From NCBI GenBank assembly GCA_963801995.1, contig CAWDGW010000017.1, positions 27,690 to 91,689 of the forward strand: a stretch of DNA of 64,000 bases, in the 5' to 3' direction. Both the position numbers and the translations under genes were made by a program. Origin of the DNA: an uncultured Holophagae bacterium (GTDB taxonomy: Bacteria > Acidobacteriota > Thermoanaerobaculia > Thermoanaerobaculales > Sulfomarinibacteraceae). Every line of letters begins with the position of its first letter. Positions within the stretch are counted from its first letter, which is position 1. The notes beneath the pieces were generated by a model. The model had not been told where the DNA came from. It did not search any database and saw only the letters and a program-made list of their open reading frames with translations. Shown here piece after piece: positions 1-9,391 of this stretch.

Positions 1-458
1 GCAACCTCTACCAGTTCCTGCCGAACGGGACTCTTGTGGGCACCGGTTCGGCCCCAACCAGCAAACCAACCGGCCTGACCTGGGACGGAACATATCTCTG
101 GACGGCAGATTACCAGGCCGATATGATCTACCAGTTCGACACCAGTGGGGCGGTTGTCCACTCCTTTCCCTCCCCGACTCCAAACCCATGGGGTGTCGCC
201 TGGTGCAGCGGTTCGCTATGGACCTCTGCAAGCGTTGACAACATGTATATCAAGGTGAACCCCACCACGGGAGCGGTGATCGAGTCGTTTCCGGCACCAG
301 CAGGCGCCTGGCCGCTGGGACAGGACTGCCAATCGGCCAACCTGCTCTGGTCAGTAGGGAACCACAACAACCTGATCTACCTCATCGACCTCGGCGTGCT
401 GTTCACCGACGGCTTCGAATCCGGCGACACCTCGGCGTGGTCGCAGACCGTGCCGTAA
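1..458 (+). CDS. 3' part of a secreted beta-propeller-like repeat protein (5' end outside window) ending in the DGFESGDTSAWS tail
   Basis: The reading frame is open from the window edge (track ORF 36..458). It has repeated blade-like segments (YLWTADYQADMIYQFD, SLWTSASVDNMYIKVN, LLWSVGNHNNLIYLID). The C-terminus is LFTDGFESGDTSAWSQTVP-stop. Confidence 0.6.
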   Translation, partial: NLYQFLPNGTLVGTGSAPTSKPTGLTWDGTYLWTADYQADMIYQFDTSGAVVHSFPSPTPNPWGVAWCSGSLWTSASVDNMYIKVNPTTGAVIESFPAPAGAWPLGQDCQSANLLWSVGNHNNLIYLIDLGVLFTDGFESGDTSAWSQTVP

Positions 459-483
459 CGGCGGGAAATGACCTTCCGAAGTC

Positions 484-632
484 AGTGCCATGACCGACAC
501 CTTTGGCATTGTGGTTCCCCAAGATCACAGACCGTTCACGACGTAGAGGCTCAAGATTCTCGGCCATGAACCGAGTCCATCGCGCGAAGTGTCATAAGTG
601 TCGGCCCTGGCACCAGAACTTGGCACCAGAAC
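484..632. repeat. REP/MITE-like element, long (~130 bp) variant
   Basis: Termini are AGTGCCAtgaCCGACA ... TGTCGGCCCTGGCAC. It is the reverse-oriented homologue of the element at 36401..36551. It is followed by a GGCAC-N8 tandem tail (cagaacttggcaccagaac). Confidence 0.6.
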
Positions 633-884
633 TTTTTGGGACACTATCCATTGTTCGACAGGTGCCAATCCAAACGGCGCAAACCAGAATCGCTGCGCAA
701 AACAGCAGGCTCACGAGGATCAGAGTCTTATTCACCCTTTTCTTCCCGGAGTTGCCTTACGATACGAATTCAGAGGACGTAAGCCGCGCTCGCGCGGGTC
801 GCGGTCCGCCTGAAACGACCCTGTTAGGCGTGTGTCACTCTTCATACCTGGATCTGGATGATAGCCCTGATTGGCAAATGACTG

Positions 885-1850
885 TCAAGTGCCGGGGAGT
901 CTCCCTGTGTCCTTCAGGAATCGCTGCAGATCGTCGTGGAGCTTGTCGAGACGCGGTCGTTGATTCTCGTCGATTGCGCTCCGGAGTCTTCCAATTCGGG
1001 TGAGAGTCTCGGGGTAGCTCGAAACGTAGAGCGCTATTTTTGCTTCATTCGCGACTGGATCTGAGTGGTACTCAAGAAATGCCCACAGAGCTGCGTTTGA
1101 AGCCGTGGTTCTGGTGAGCTGTTCCTCATTGGCGTGAGGATTCGACGTGGACCAGCCAACGGAGTTGCCTGTCTTGCCCAGAGCGGTGAGGAGTTGCCGA
1201 GCGAATTCGGGCGGAGGATGTTTGTACAGTTCTGTGGCCAGTCTCTTGGCCGCGATCTCTCGTCTGGCTGCTCCGAGGCCCGTCAGGACAGCGTGCCGAA
1301 ACCACTCAGGTTGATCCTGATCATCTGCCAGGCCCAGCAGAATCTCGAGCGCCTGGTCGGATTCAAGTCTTGCAATAGACTCCGCAATCACGTGCGCTGT
1401 TGGGGCGTCATCCTCAATTCGAAGAAGAGCGACAAGCGATGGTAGGGATCTACTATCTCGCATCAAGCCAACTGCGAAGATTAGGTTGTGTCTGACCTGC
1501 GCCCAATAGTGGTCTGAGAGCTGATCGAGAGGTGGCTCCGCGACCACCAGGAGTTCCAAAGCTGGGGCCAGGAAGCGGGGTTCTTGACCGAGATGGAAGG
1601 CGAATGACACGACACCGGCATGTGACCGCGCGGCCATTTGAGGAGCCTCGGCGACAAGATCCTGGAGAGCGAAAAAGAAATCGGGATGTTGTTTCCGTGA
1701 CTCAAGAATCCAATCAAGCAAGGCTTCCCTGTCAGATGAGGACAAAAGGTCGAGGGGTCTTGCGGGAGGGGGGAATCCTTCGAGGTCTTGACACGACGGC
1801 AAGGCCAGCGAAGTGATGAGAATGAGGGCGTGTATCGAAGTTCGCCTCAT
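885..1850 (-). CDS. putative lipoprotein, helical (HEAT/ARM-like) repeat protein
   Basis: 321-aa ORF. The N-terminus MRRTSIHALILITSLALPSCQ looks like a signal peptide with a lipobox-like Cys. The sequence is helix-rich and I recognised no catalytic motif. Confidence 0.5.
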   Translation of the reverse strand: MRRTSIHALILITSLALPSCQDLEGFPPPARPLDLLSSSDREALLDWILESRKQHPDFFFALQDLVAEAPQMAARSHAGVVSFAFHLGQEPRFLAPALELLVVAEPPLDQLSDHYWAQVRHNLIFAVGLMRDSRSLPSLVALLRIEDDAPTAHVIAESIARLESDQALEILLGLADDQDQPEWFRHAVLTGLGAARREIAAKRLATELYKHPPPEFARQLLTALGKTGNSVGWSTSNPHANEEQLTRTTASNAALWAFLEYHSDPVANEAKIALYVSSYPETLTRIGRLRSAIDENQRPRLDKLHDDLQRFLKDTGRLPGT

Positions 1851-1941
1851 GGCAAGGGTTCCCTCCTACAGCCTACCGATTTCGAGCTAAGCGGACCAAA
1901 CCCGGAAGGGTTTGGGTCCGCTTGAGCGAGTGGTTAGGCAT

Positions 1942-2211
1942 TCACTTCCCCTTGTAAACCGTGCTGCGGTGGCCGACCTTGACCACAATGACGATTAGAA
2001 CGTCGTCCTCGATCGAGTAGACGATCCTGTAGGGGCCCTGACGGACACGATACCTGCTTGAGTGCCCGGCGAGCTTCTCGCAACCAGGTGGTCGAGGGTC
2101 ATCAGACAATCGCGCGATACGGTTGACGATCTGACGCCGCACCTTTTTTGGCTCGATATGCTCGATTTCCTTTGCGGCGGAGGCTTTGAGCCGGACGCTA
2201 TATTTTGCCAC
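1942..2211 (-). CDS. type II toxin, RelE/ParE family
   Basis: 89 aa. The pattern ...DDPRPPGCEKLAGHSSRYRVRQGPYRIVYSIEDDVLIVIVVKVGHRS is typical of RelE/ParE toxins. It overlaps the upstream antitoxin ORF by 14 nt. Confidence 0.85.
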   Translation of the reverse strand: MAKYSVRLKASAAKEIEHIEPKKVRRQIVNRIARLSDDPRPPGCEKLAGHSSRYRVRQGPYRIVYSIEDDVLIVIVVKVGHRSTVYKGK

Positions 2212-2428
2212 TGCGTTTCAGCGCTTTAACGAAGGTGTCGAAATCAAGGTCCGGTTCAGAAGCTCGAACGTCGAACGCTTCAAGGTCTTCTGCATCTTCG
2301 GCCAGCGCCAATCGGACGGCATCATTTACCATTTCGGATATCGATTGGTCTGTAGACGCTGCCTTGAGTTTCAACGCCCTGTGAATCTCGGGATCAAGAT
2401 ATACGGTAGCTCGACGAAGTTCGCTCAT
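2198..2428 (-). CDS. ribbon-helix-helix (CopG-like) antitoxin
   Basis: 76 aa. The N-terminal RATVYLDPEIHRALKLKAA is an RHH beta-strand plus helix signature. It lies immediately upstream of, and overlaps, the RelE/ParE ORF. Confidence 0.8.
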   Translation of the reverse strand: MSELRRATVYLDPEIHRALKLKAASTDQSISEMVNDAVRLALAEDAEDLEAFDVRASEPDLDFDTFVKALKRSGKI

Positions 2429-2579
2429 GTTTGAAAGATAACGTCAAAACATCAAAACGTCAACTAGCCCAACGGTCCGCTGGAATGAGTTGTAGTAATG
2501 GTGCCAGGTACGGGTAATGGTGCCAGGTACGGGGGTATTGATGTTAAGATGACTCTACCGAATCCAGTGGAGATAGGGG

Positions 2580-3575
2580 ATGGGTCGTCGACCAAGGGTT
2601 CTTGTTGCGGGTGGTATATACCATGTGTACAACCGGGTAACTCGCGGCGCGGATGTTTTTAAGAACGAGGACGAGGCGGACAGGCTGGAAGCCCTCGTTG
2701 CCGAGACCAAGAAGAGAGACGATTTTCAGATCCTCGCCTGGTGCGTGATGTCGAACCACTACCATCTCGCCGTAAGAATGGGGGAGGTATTGCTGTCGCG
2801 ATCGATGCGAAGGATCCACCATCGGTTTTCGCAGAGTTACAACGGCAGGAATCGGCTGTTCGGTCCTTTCTGGCAGGGTCGCTACCGATCGAAGATTGTG
2901 GATGACGACGAGTATCTGAGGCAACTCATCGCGTACATTCATCTCAATCCGGTAGCTGCAGGCATTGTCACCGACGCAGCAGAATACCGATGGTGCGGGC
3001 ATCGGGAGGTACTGGGGAAGGCGCTTGGGCGTCGTTTGGTCGACGTTGACGAGACCCTATTGGCTTTCGGCCCCAAGCGGCGCAGCGCGTTGGCTGGATA
3101 TCGTTCGACGATGTCAAGTGGGCATGAACAGGATTGGTGGGGGGAAGGTCCTGGTCGGCTGCCCTGGTGGCGGGTGGGGCGTCCTCCGAACAGCGATGAC
3201 GGAATGGAGATCGCCGTCGACGACAAACGTCCACGGATTGGGGTGGACGGGCTGAGTAGTGTCATGCCGAGGCCGAGGATGGCGCTCGAAGAATTTCTCG
3301 AGCACGGTGCAGGAGCGTGCGGGATCACGCTGACAGATCTCAGGAGCCGAAAACGACGGGCGTCGATTGTAGAAGCTCGAGAAATACTGGCCTGGATTGG
3401 TGTTGAGTTGTTTGGTTTTTCGGTCAAGGAAATGGCCGAAGGGCTCGAAAAGTATGTTGAAACTGCCAGTCGGCTGGTCAGCAGGGCTTCGCAGCGAAGG
3501 ATTGTGGATCAGGGCTTTGAGGATCAGGTAAGGCGGGTTGATTCTGTACTCGCGGGGACGACGGAAACGCAATGA
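2580..3575 (+). CDS. REP-associated tyrosine transposase (RAYT, IS200/Y1 HUH family) with C-terminal DnaA-C-like HTH region
   Basis: YHVYNRVTRG start, HUH motif in WCVMSNHYHLAV, and a Tyr helix in LIAYIHLNPVAAGIV...YRWCGH. The C-terminal REILAWIGVELFGFSVKEMAEGL resembles a DnaA domain IV-type HTH. Confidence 0.85.
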   Translation: MGRRPRVLVAGGIYHVYNRVTRGADVFKNEDEADRLEALVAETKKRDDFQILAWCVMSNHYHLAVRMGEVLLSRSMRRIHHRFSQSYNGRNRLFGPFWQGRYRSKIVDDDEYLRQLIAYIHLNPVAAGIVTDAAEYRWCGHREVLGKALGRRLVDVDETLLAFGPKRRSALAGYRSTMSSGHEQDWWGEGPGRLPWWRVGRPPNSDDGMEIAVDDKRPRIGVDGLSSVMPRPRMALEEFLEHGAGACGITLTDLRSRKRRASIVEAREILAWIGVELFGFSVKEMAEGLEKYVETASRLVSRASQRRIVDQGFEDQVRRVDSVLAGTTETQ

Positions 3576-3712
3576 GGAGTCAAAACATCAATACCCCAGT
3601 ACCTGGCACCTTTACGCTCTTAAGGCGGGTTGATTCTGTACTCGCGGGGACGACGGAAACGCAATGAGGAGTCAAAACATCAATACCCCAGTACCTGGCA
3701 CCTTTACGCTCT
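3529..3712. repeat. perfect 92-bp tandem duplication (3529..3620 and 3621..3712)
   Basis: The two copies read identically by eye: taaggcgggttgattctgtactcgcggggacgacggaaacgcaatgaggagtcaaaacatcaataccccagtacctggcacctttacgctct. The duplication covers the last 47 nt of the RAYT gene plus its right inverted repeat. Confidence 0.9.
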
Positions 3713-3789
3713 TACCCGGGACGGTGCTACACTCGCATCGAGCTCGGTTCCAGCAGCGTGAGAGTTCAGGTCGGCAGGAGGAAGCGGGA

Positions 3790-4515
3790 GTGAAGCGAGC
3801 AATCGTCATCATCGCTCTGGCGGCCGTTCCGGCTCTCGCGGACGACGTCTACCTGAAGGGCGGCGGCCGATTCTCGGGCGAGATCGTCGAGCGCACGGAG
3901 GACTCGGTTACAGTGGACATCGGTGGGGGCGTTTTGACCGCGCCGATGTCGAGCGTCGTCCGCATCGAAGAGGGCGTGTCCCCCCTCCAGGATTATCGGG
4001 AGCGAGCTGCGGCCGTCCCCGCCGGCGACGCCGAGGCGTGGCGGCAGCTCGCGCGGTGGGCGCAGGATCAGAGCCTGTCGAGCCAGGCGTGGGAGGCGTA
4101 CACCGAGGTGGTCGAGATCCTGCCGGACGACGAGGAAGCCAACCGCGCGCTCGGCCGGGTGCCGCTCGACGGGCGGTGGGTCACCGAGGAGGAGAGCTAT
4201 CGCGCCCAAGGTTACGTGGAGTTCGAGGGCGAGTGGATGACACCGGGCGAGCGGCAGGCGATCGTCAAGGAGCGGCGGGCCCGCGAGGAGGCGGATCGGA
4301 AAGCGAACGAGGCCGAGATCCGGGCCATCCAGGCCGAGATCGATGCCGAGAAGGCGCGCGAGGACGAGGAGTTCGAACGACAGTCGTCGAGGTACGACCG
4401 CCTGCCGGAGTACGATCCGACCACCTGGGGATGGGGAACCGGTCCCGGAAATTGGCCCCGCCCGGCTCGATACTCCAAACCACAAGAGCTGGCCGGCCCG
4501 CTCGAAGGACCGTGA
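3790..4515 (+). CDS. secreted hypothetical protein with charged coiled C-terminal half
   Basis: GTG start at 3790 preceded by GGAGG. Signal peptide VKRAIVIIALAAVPALADD. I judge the track ORF 3664..4515 to be over-extended into the duplicated repeat. Confidence 0.6.
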   Translation: MKRAIVIIALAAVPALADDVYLKGGGRFSGEIVERTEDSVTVDIGGGVLTAPMSSVVRIEEGVSPLQDYRERAAAVPAGDAEAWRQLARWAQDQSLSSQAWEAYTEVVEILPDDEEANRALGRVPLDGRWVTEEESYRAQGYVEFEGEWMTPGERQAIVKERRAREEADRKANEAEIRAIQAEIDAEKAREDEEFERQSSRYDRLPEYDPTTWGWGTGPGNWPRPARYSKPQELAGPLEGP

Positions 4516-4532
4516 TGAACAGGGAGGCTCCC

Positions 4533-5261
4533 ATGAGGGGTCGCTTCATTGCACTTCCGCTCCTCGGCGCCCTCCTCGCGGGGTGCTCCTCACCCTCGCC
4601 GGTCGACGAGATTGTCGCTTCCAACCTCGCCGCTCGTGGCGGCAAGGTGCGGCTCCAGGAGCTCCAGTCGATCCGCGAGTCCGGCACGGCGACCGCGAGT
4701 GGCGGGCGGATCGCCCACGTGGTCCGCGAGATCAAGCGGCCGGGCCTCTTCCGGCTCGAGTTCTCCTACCAGGGAACGACCAGCGTCTTCGCCAACGACG
4801 GCGAGATCGGCTGGCAGGTCGCGCCGTTGCAGGGCCAGTTCGAGCCCCAGGTGATGCCACCGGAGACTGACGCGGCCGCTGGGGTCGACCAGCGCGACAT
4901 CGAGGGCCCTCTCGTCGACTGGCGAGAAAAGGGGCACGTCGTCGAGCTCGTTGGCAGTGAGGCCCTGCCCGGCGGAGAGGCCTTCAAGCTGAAGGTGACG
5001 CTCGCGAGCGGCGCGGTCCGATACGACTACGTCGACGTGGCGTCGCGCCAGGTCGTCCGCTCCGACTTCAAGCGGATGATCCGGGGGCGCCCGGTCGTGC
5101 TCCAGAACACCTTTTCGGACTTTCGGGAGGTCGGTGGGCTCGCCTTCCCTCACCTCATCGAAACTCACGCCAAGGACCGCCCCGAGGTCCTCAGGATCGA
5201 GATCGAGGAGATCGAGCTCGACCCAGAGCTCGACGACGCGCGGTTCCGGTTGCCCGAATAG
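4533..5261 (+). CDS. LolA-like outer-membrane lipoprotein-sorting family lipoprotein
   Basis: MRGRFIALPLLGALLAGCSS is a lipoprotein signal. The region EIVASNLAARGGKVRLQELQSIRESG...KRPGLFRLEF...NDGEIGWQV matches the pattern I recall for this family. GGGAGG precedes the ATG at 4533; an alternative ATG lies at 4515. Confidence 0.6.
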   Translation: MRGRFIALPLLGALLAGCSSPSPVDEIVASNLAARGGKVRLQELQSIRESGTATASGGRIAHVVREIKRPGLFRLEFSYQGTTSVFANDGEIGWQVAPLQGQFEPQVMPPETDAAAGVDQRDIEGPLVDWREKGHVVELVGSEALPGGEAFKLKVTLASGAVRYDYVDVASRQVVRSDFKRMIRGRPVVLQNTFSDFREVGGLAFPHLIETHAKDRPEVLRIEIEEIELDPELDDARFRLPE

Positions 5262-5292
5262 CGACTCCCACCACCCGCGTATCGAACCACCC

Positions 5293-5335
5293 GGTGCCAG
5301 GGCGGACACTATTGACGGTTTTGGGTGAGTCGATG
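5293..5335. repeat. partial REP copy
   Basis: GGTGCCAGGGCGGACACTATTGACGGTTTTGG resembles the left part of the 84-bp REP at 6924. Confidence 0.4.
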
Positions 5336-5495
5336 AGGCTGACTGACGTGCTCCCCATTTTCATACCACGAGGAATGAGAGAGATCAACACGGTTGGTGC
5401 TCCTCGTGGGTCCCGGTGGGGGGAGCAATCAGGACGGAGGTCGACGTAGTCGGCCGGAGTCCGGATTGCTCGGCGAACTCGACTCGAGGGGTGCC

Positions 5496-5727
5496 ACGTG
5501 AGCCTCTTGCAAAACCCCCATGGCTGTCATCCTGAGCGGAGCGGCCCGAAGGGTCGCGGAGTCGAAGGATCTCAACCAGTACAGAGGAGTGATGCTTGCC
5601 CAGCAACTTTCTTCTCAACGTGTGGAGACCCATCGACTCGCTCGTCGAACTCGCTCGCTCAGGGTGACAGGAGGGAGCGGTATCGATCAAACATCGCCGA
5701 ACGTGGGGTTATGCATGAGGCTCACGT
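5496..5727. repeat. ~230-bp MITE-like structured element, copy A
   Basis: Near-identical over ~200 bp to 16164..16387. Terminal inverted repeats are ACGTGAGCCTCTTGCAAAACCCC / GGGGTTATGCATGAGGCTCACGT. Internal arms are complementary (gtcatcctgagcggagcgg...cgaagg vs ccatcgactcgctcg...gctcagggtgac). Confidence 0.8.
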
Positions 5728-5892
5728 ATCACGTTATTACTTTGCGTCACCCAACGTTGTCATTCGATACGTGTCACCAACCATTTTCGGTTTCGCGACG
5801 AAGGCTGTGAGAGGATTGGAGGCGTGCTGGGATTCGAAAGGGAAAAAATCATGTTTCGGAATGATGCGACGATTTTCGGTCTCGTGCCCGCG

Positions 5893-6908
5893 ATGAAACT
5901 CATAACTCATCACGGGAGTCGACTCGCCCTTTGCTTGGCAATCGTCACAGTGGCGGCGTTGCCCGCTCTGGCGGCGGATGAAACCGAGCTCCTCCTCGCG
6001 TCCGACATTTGGCCGCCGTTCACCGACCAGGACGGCAAGCATCGTGTCGCGATCGAGATTGCCCACACCGCGCTCGAGCGAGCCGGAATCCAGGCAGCGA
6101 CCACGGTGGTCGACTGGAAGGATGTCGAGCGCGGGATTCAGCGCGGATCTTTTGACGGGAGCGCCGCCATGTGGCGATCCATCCAACGGGAACGGGAATT
6201 CCTGTTTTCCGATCCGTACCTCGAAAACCGCCTCGTGCTGATTGGACGCAAGGGAACCGATGTCAGAGCAACACAATTTCGGACCTCGGCGGCAAGAGGG
6301 TGGCGGTGGTCGGTCACTACGCCTACGGCGAGGAGATCGACTCGGCCCAAGGCGTGTTCTTTGTGAGCGGGCGCAACGATCAGGAGAACCTCGACAAGCT
6401 GCTGACTGGGGACGTGGACTACATGCTGGGGCGGATGAGCTGGTGGCGCGCTACCTGCTGACCTACCAGCCGGAAGAGGCCGCCGCGAAGCTCGAGATCG
6501 GGACCACACCGCTGGCTCGACGGACACTCCACTTTGTGTTGCGGCGGAACATGGTCGGCGCCGCACAGATCATCGGGGCTTTCAACCGGGAGATCCGCAG
6601 TATGCTGGCCGACGGAACGTGTCGCCAAGATCCTGCAGCTTGGCTGGATTCAGGTGGACATCGACGGCGACGGTCGTGATGAGGTGGTCGCGCTGGGAGA
6701 TAGGGTGGGCCTCGCGCCACCGGGATCGGTTTACGATATCTTCGGGACGATGCCCGAGACCGACCCGGAGAAGCAGCGCTTTTTCATTGAAGGGAACATC
6801 TACGACAGCTGGGACGCGATCCCGGAGCAGTACAAAGCCCGAGGACCGTCGGAACCCATGGACACGTCCATTTCGCAGGGCGTAACGATGTTCACTCTCA
6901 AGTTCTGA
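5893..6908 (+). pseudogene. periplasmic solute-binding protein (family 3, amino-acid-ABC-type SBP) disrupted by three frameshifts
   Basis: Signal peptide MKLITHHGSRLALCLAIVTVAALPALA. The homology-like sequence continues across four track ORFs (5824.., 6171.., 6242.., 6534..). Frame switches occur near 6265, at the G4 run 6428..6431, and near 6620. Confidence 0.7.
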
Positions 6909-6923
6909 ACACGAATAATTGCA

Positions 6924-7007
6924 GGTGCCAGGGCCGACATTTTTGACAGTTTCAGACGAGCGGATTACGGCGGAGCGCGAAGTGTCATACGTGTCGGCCC
7001 TGGCACC
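6924..7007. repeat. 84-bp REP element (reverse orientation)
   Basis: GGTGCCAGGGCCGACAtttttgacagtttcagacgagcggattacggcggagcgcgaagtgtcatacgTGTCGGCCCTGGCACC. It is the reverse complement of the copies at 11604 and 12133. Confidence 0.85.
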
Positions 7008-7210
7008 GTATTTGCCCTGGTGCGGGAGTGGTGCCCGGCACCACGGAACCACTGCCAAACGTGATGTTTTCGTTACATCCGTATGATGACTTCGTGACCT
7101 CCGGGACCTACATTGAGATTGGAGACAAACACCGTGTGACGGCAGGTGGCTACCGTCGCGTGCCGGAGCGGCGGTGCCAGATCGAATCGAACTGTCTCAG
7201 GAGGTCAGTC

Positions 7211-9177
7211 ATGTTCGCACTCGCACGCAAGAATGTACTTTGGGCGGCCGTCGTGCTTGACGTTGCCGTTATCGGCCGCTGCCGGCGCCGAGGCCTCTCT
7301 GGAGCAGATGGAGGGATGGCCTTACGCGGGGCGAGCGCTGTCGCCGTCGATGCCGATCGCGACCTGGTCTATTCGGGCAGCGGTGGGGTCATTCTCGTGC
7401 TGGACGTGGCTGATCCTGCCATGCCGCAACTGTTGCATGACGGTCTGCACACCGACGGCCATGTTCGCGATCTGGGTTACGTCGGTGCGGACAAGCGTCT
7501 ATACGTGGCCGATTGGCGGGGCGGACTTGAAATCTGGGATGTCCAAGACCCGCAGAACCCGGTGCGGCTCAGCACCGTGCCGGTGTACTGCATCGGAACA
7601 GACAGCGACCAGCCGACCGATGGGCTGGTCCTTGCGGGTGGCTACCTGTATGTCAACGCCAACGAGGCCCGCGTCCACGCCTCGACATCTCTGATCCCGC
7701 CAATCCCGTCGATCTGGGCGTGCAGGCCGGTCCGTTGTGGTACTACACCTACGAGCGCGACACGGACGATGTTGCCGCTGAGGGTGGCTACGTCTACGTC
7801 GTGGGCAGCGGCATCGCCAAGTATCTCATCCGCAGCAGACGGAACCCTCGACAAGGTCGGCGAGAACACGTACATCGATAAAATCAGCTGCATTGAGGTT
7901 CAGGGATCTTACGCGTACGCGGGCGAATCAATCAATCCTGGGGGTCATCGATGTCAGTTCCTCCTACCCAAATACGGTGGGGAGCGTCGCCGTGTCCGAG
8001 GGTCTGAATGATCTGGCGTTGACCGGGAACTTCGTGGTGGGGGTGAACCGCAACGGCCTCCTCATCTTCGACGTTTTCAACGCCGCAACAGCCGCAGCAG
8101 ATCGCTTCTCTGCTTCTGCCTGACGGATACCGTGTGCGCCTGGACGGCGACCTTGCTTTCGTGTCCAGCGACGCCGCTGGCTTGCAGGTGATCGACATCA
8201 GCGACGTTCATAACCCCGTCCTGATCGGCAGCTTCGACACGGTGGGTACGACCTCCGGTGTGACGGTCGCAGGGAACTACGCATTCCTCGGCCAGAGCAC
8301 CGAAGGCCTCGTGATCACGGATGTCAGCGATCCGAGCGCGGTGCAATTCGCAGGCCGGTCCGACGATGGTGGCTCGGATCGCGGGATCCCTGCTGATCGG
8401 AAACTATCTGTACGTTTCGGACTGGTACGCACCTGCACTGAGGGGGCTCGATGTCAGCGACCTGTCCAACCCGGTCGAGGTGGGCGGCATCTTGGACTTC
8501 ACAGGCGGTTGGATCTGGCGACCGACGGGGAGGCACCTGTACGCGACGCGCTTCTCGGTCGATACGCAGTTGTACTACCTGCACGTTTTCGACCTGACGG
8601 ATCCTGCATCGCCGACGGAGCTGAGCATGATTCCGGTGTCACATCACGTTCTCGAAATTCAGTACGCAAATGACCATCTTTTTGCCATCGAGTTCTACGA
8701 CATGGGCTTGCACATTATCAACGTCGCCGATCCGAACAATCCGTTTGAAGACGCCTTCTATCCCGTTGATTGGGGTGAGGATGTCTGGATCCAGGGGGAT
8801 TATGCGTATGTGACGTCATTCCACCAGGGTCTGCTGGTGATGAACATCGGCGATCCCGCCAATCCGACCCTGGCCGGGAGCTTCTACGAGGTATTCCAGT
8901 TCGGCGATGTGGCCGTTTCCGGAGAGCCTGGCCTTCATCACAACTGGGACGACCGGAGAGCAGCACTTGCGGCTGTACGACGTGAGCGATCTGGACAACA
9001 TCTATGAGCTCGACCGGATCCGCTTGCCCGGCGACGCCTGGGATCTGACGGCGCAAGGTAACTATGCGTACGTGGCGGATGGCTTTGCCGGCCTGCCAGA
9101 TTCTACGCGCCGGGACCTGGGACGGGATGATGTTCGCCGACGGCTTCGAGTCGGGCGACATGTCGAGGCCTTCGTAG
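7211..9177 (+). pseudogene. LVIVD-repeat secreted protein, heavily frameshifted (about ten frame switches)
   Basis: ATG at 7211 after GGAGG. Repeated LVIVD-type units occur (GLEIWDVQDPQNP, GLQVIDISDVHNP, GLVITDVSDPSAV, GLDVSDLSNPVEV, LHIINVADPNNP, GLLVMNIGDPANP, LRLYDVSDLDNI). They are spread over track ORFs 7028, 7146, 7893, 8134, 8321 and 8907. The gene ends MMFADGFESGDMSRPS-stop at 9177. Confidence 0.7.
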
Positions 9178-9221
9178 CAACTGTCGGACTGATCTCCGTG
9201 CAGGTCGGGGTTGTCCGATCC

Positions 9222-9305
9222 AGTGCCGGGCCGACAGGTGTGACACTTCGCGCTCCGCCGGTGATCTACTCGTCTGAAACTGTCAAAGCTGTCGGCTCTG
9301 ACACC
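9222..9305. repeat. 84-bp REP element (diverged copy)
   Basis: AGTGCCGGGCCGACAGGTGTGACACTTCGCGCTCCGCCGGTGATCTACTCGTCTGAAACTGTCAAAGCTGTCGGCTCTGACACC. Confidence 0.8.
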
Positions 9306-9391
9306 TGAATTCGGTAACCCCGTGCGCCTTGAATCCGTTTGTCCGACCGTTGAGTGGTAGCCTGAAGAGAACCAGATAGGGGAAAATCAAT

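Larger units (their letters stand above)
2500..3712 (+). mobile_element. RAYT unit: tyrosine (HUH) transposase gene bracketed by inverted GGTGCCAGGTAC-type repeats
   Basis: The left side has a tandem head GGTGCCAGGTACGGGTAAT (2500..2518) followed by GGTGCCAGGTACGGGGGTATTGATGTT (2519..2545). The right side has AACATCAATACCCCAGTACCTGGCACC (3584..3610), its reverse complement with 1-2 mismatches. That right repeat is duplicated at 3676..3702. Confidence 0.75.

Noticed and set aside
4038-4532. N-terminal 165-aa extension of the LolA-like ORF (track 4038..5261), overlapping the preceding gene
   Set aside because: The extension is Arg/Gly-rich out-of-frame sequence over the 3790..4515 gene. A lipoprotein signal with an RBS starts at 4533.
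5385-5896. ORFs inside and around the MITE-like element (5385..5690, 5498..5896, 5520..5810, and their counterparts 15920..16354 and 16135..16395)
   Set aside because: The nearly identical 'proteins' (…CHPERSGPKGRGVEGS…) arise from translating the repeat in both copies. They have no RBS, and the element is self-complementary.
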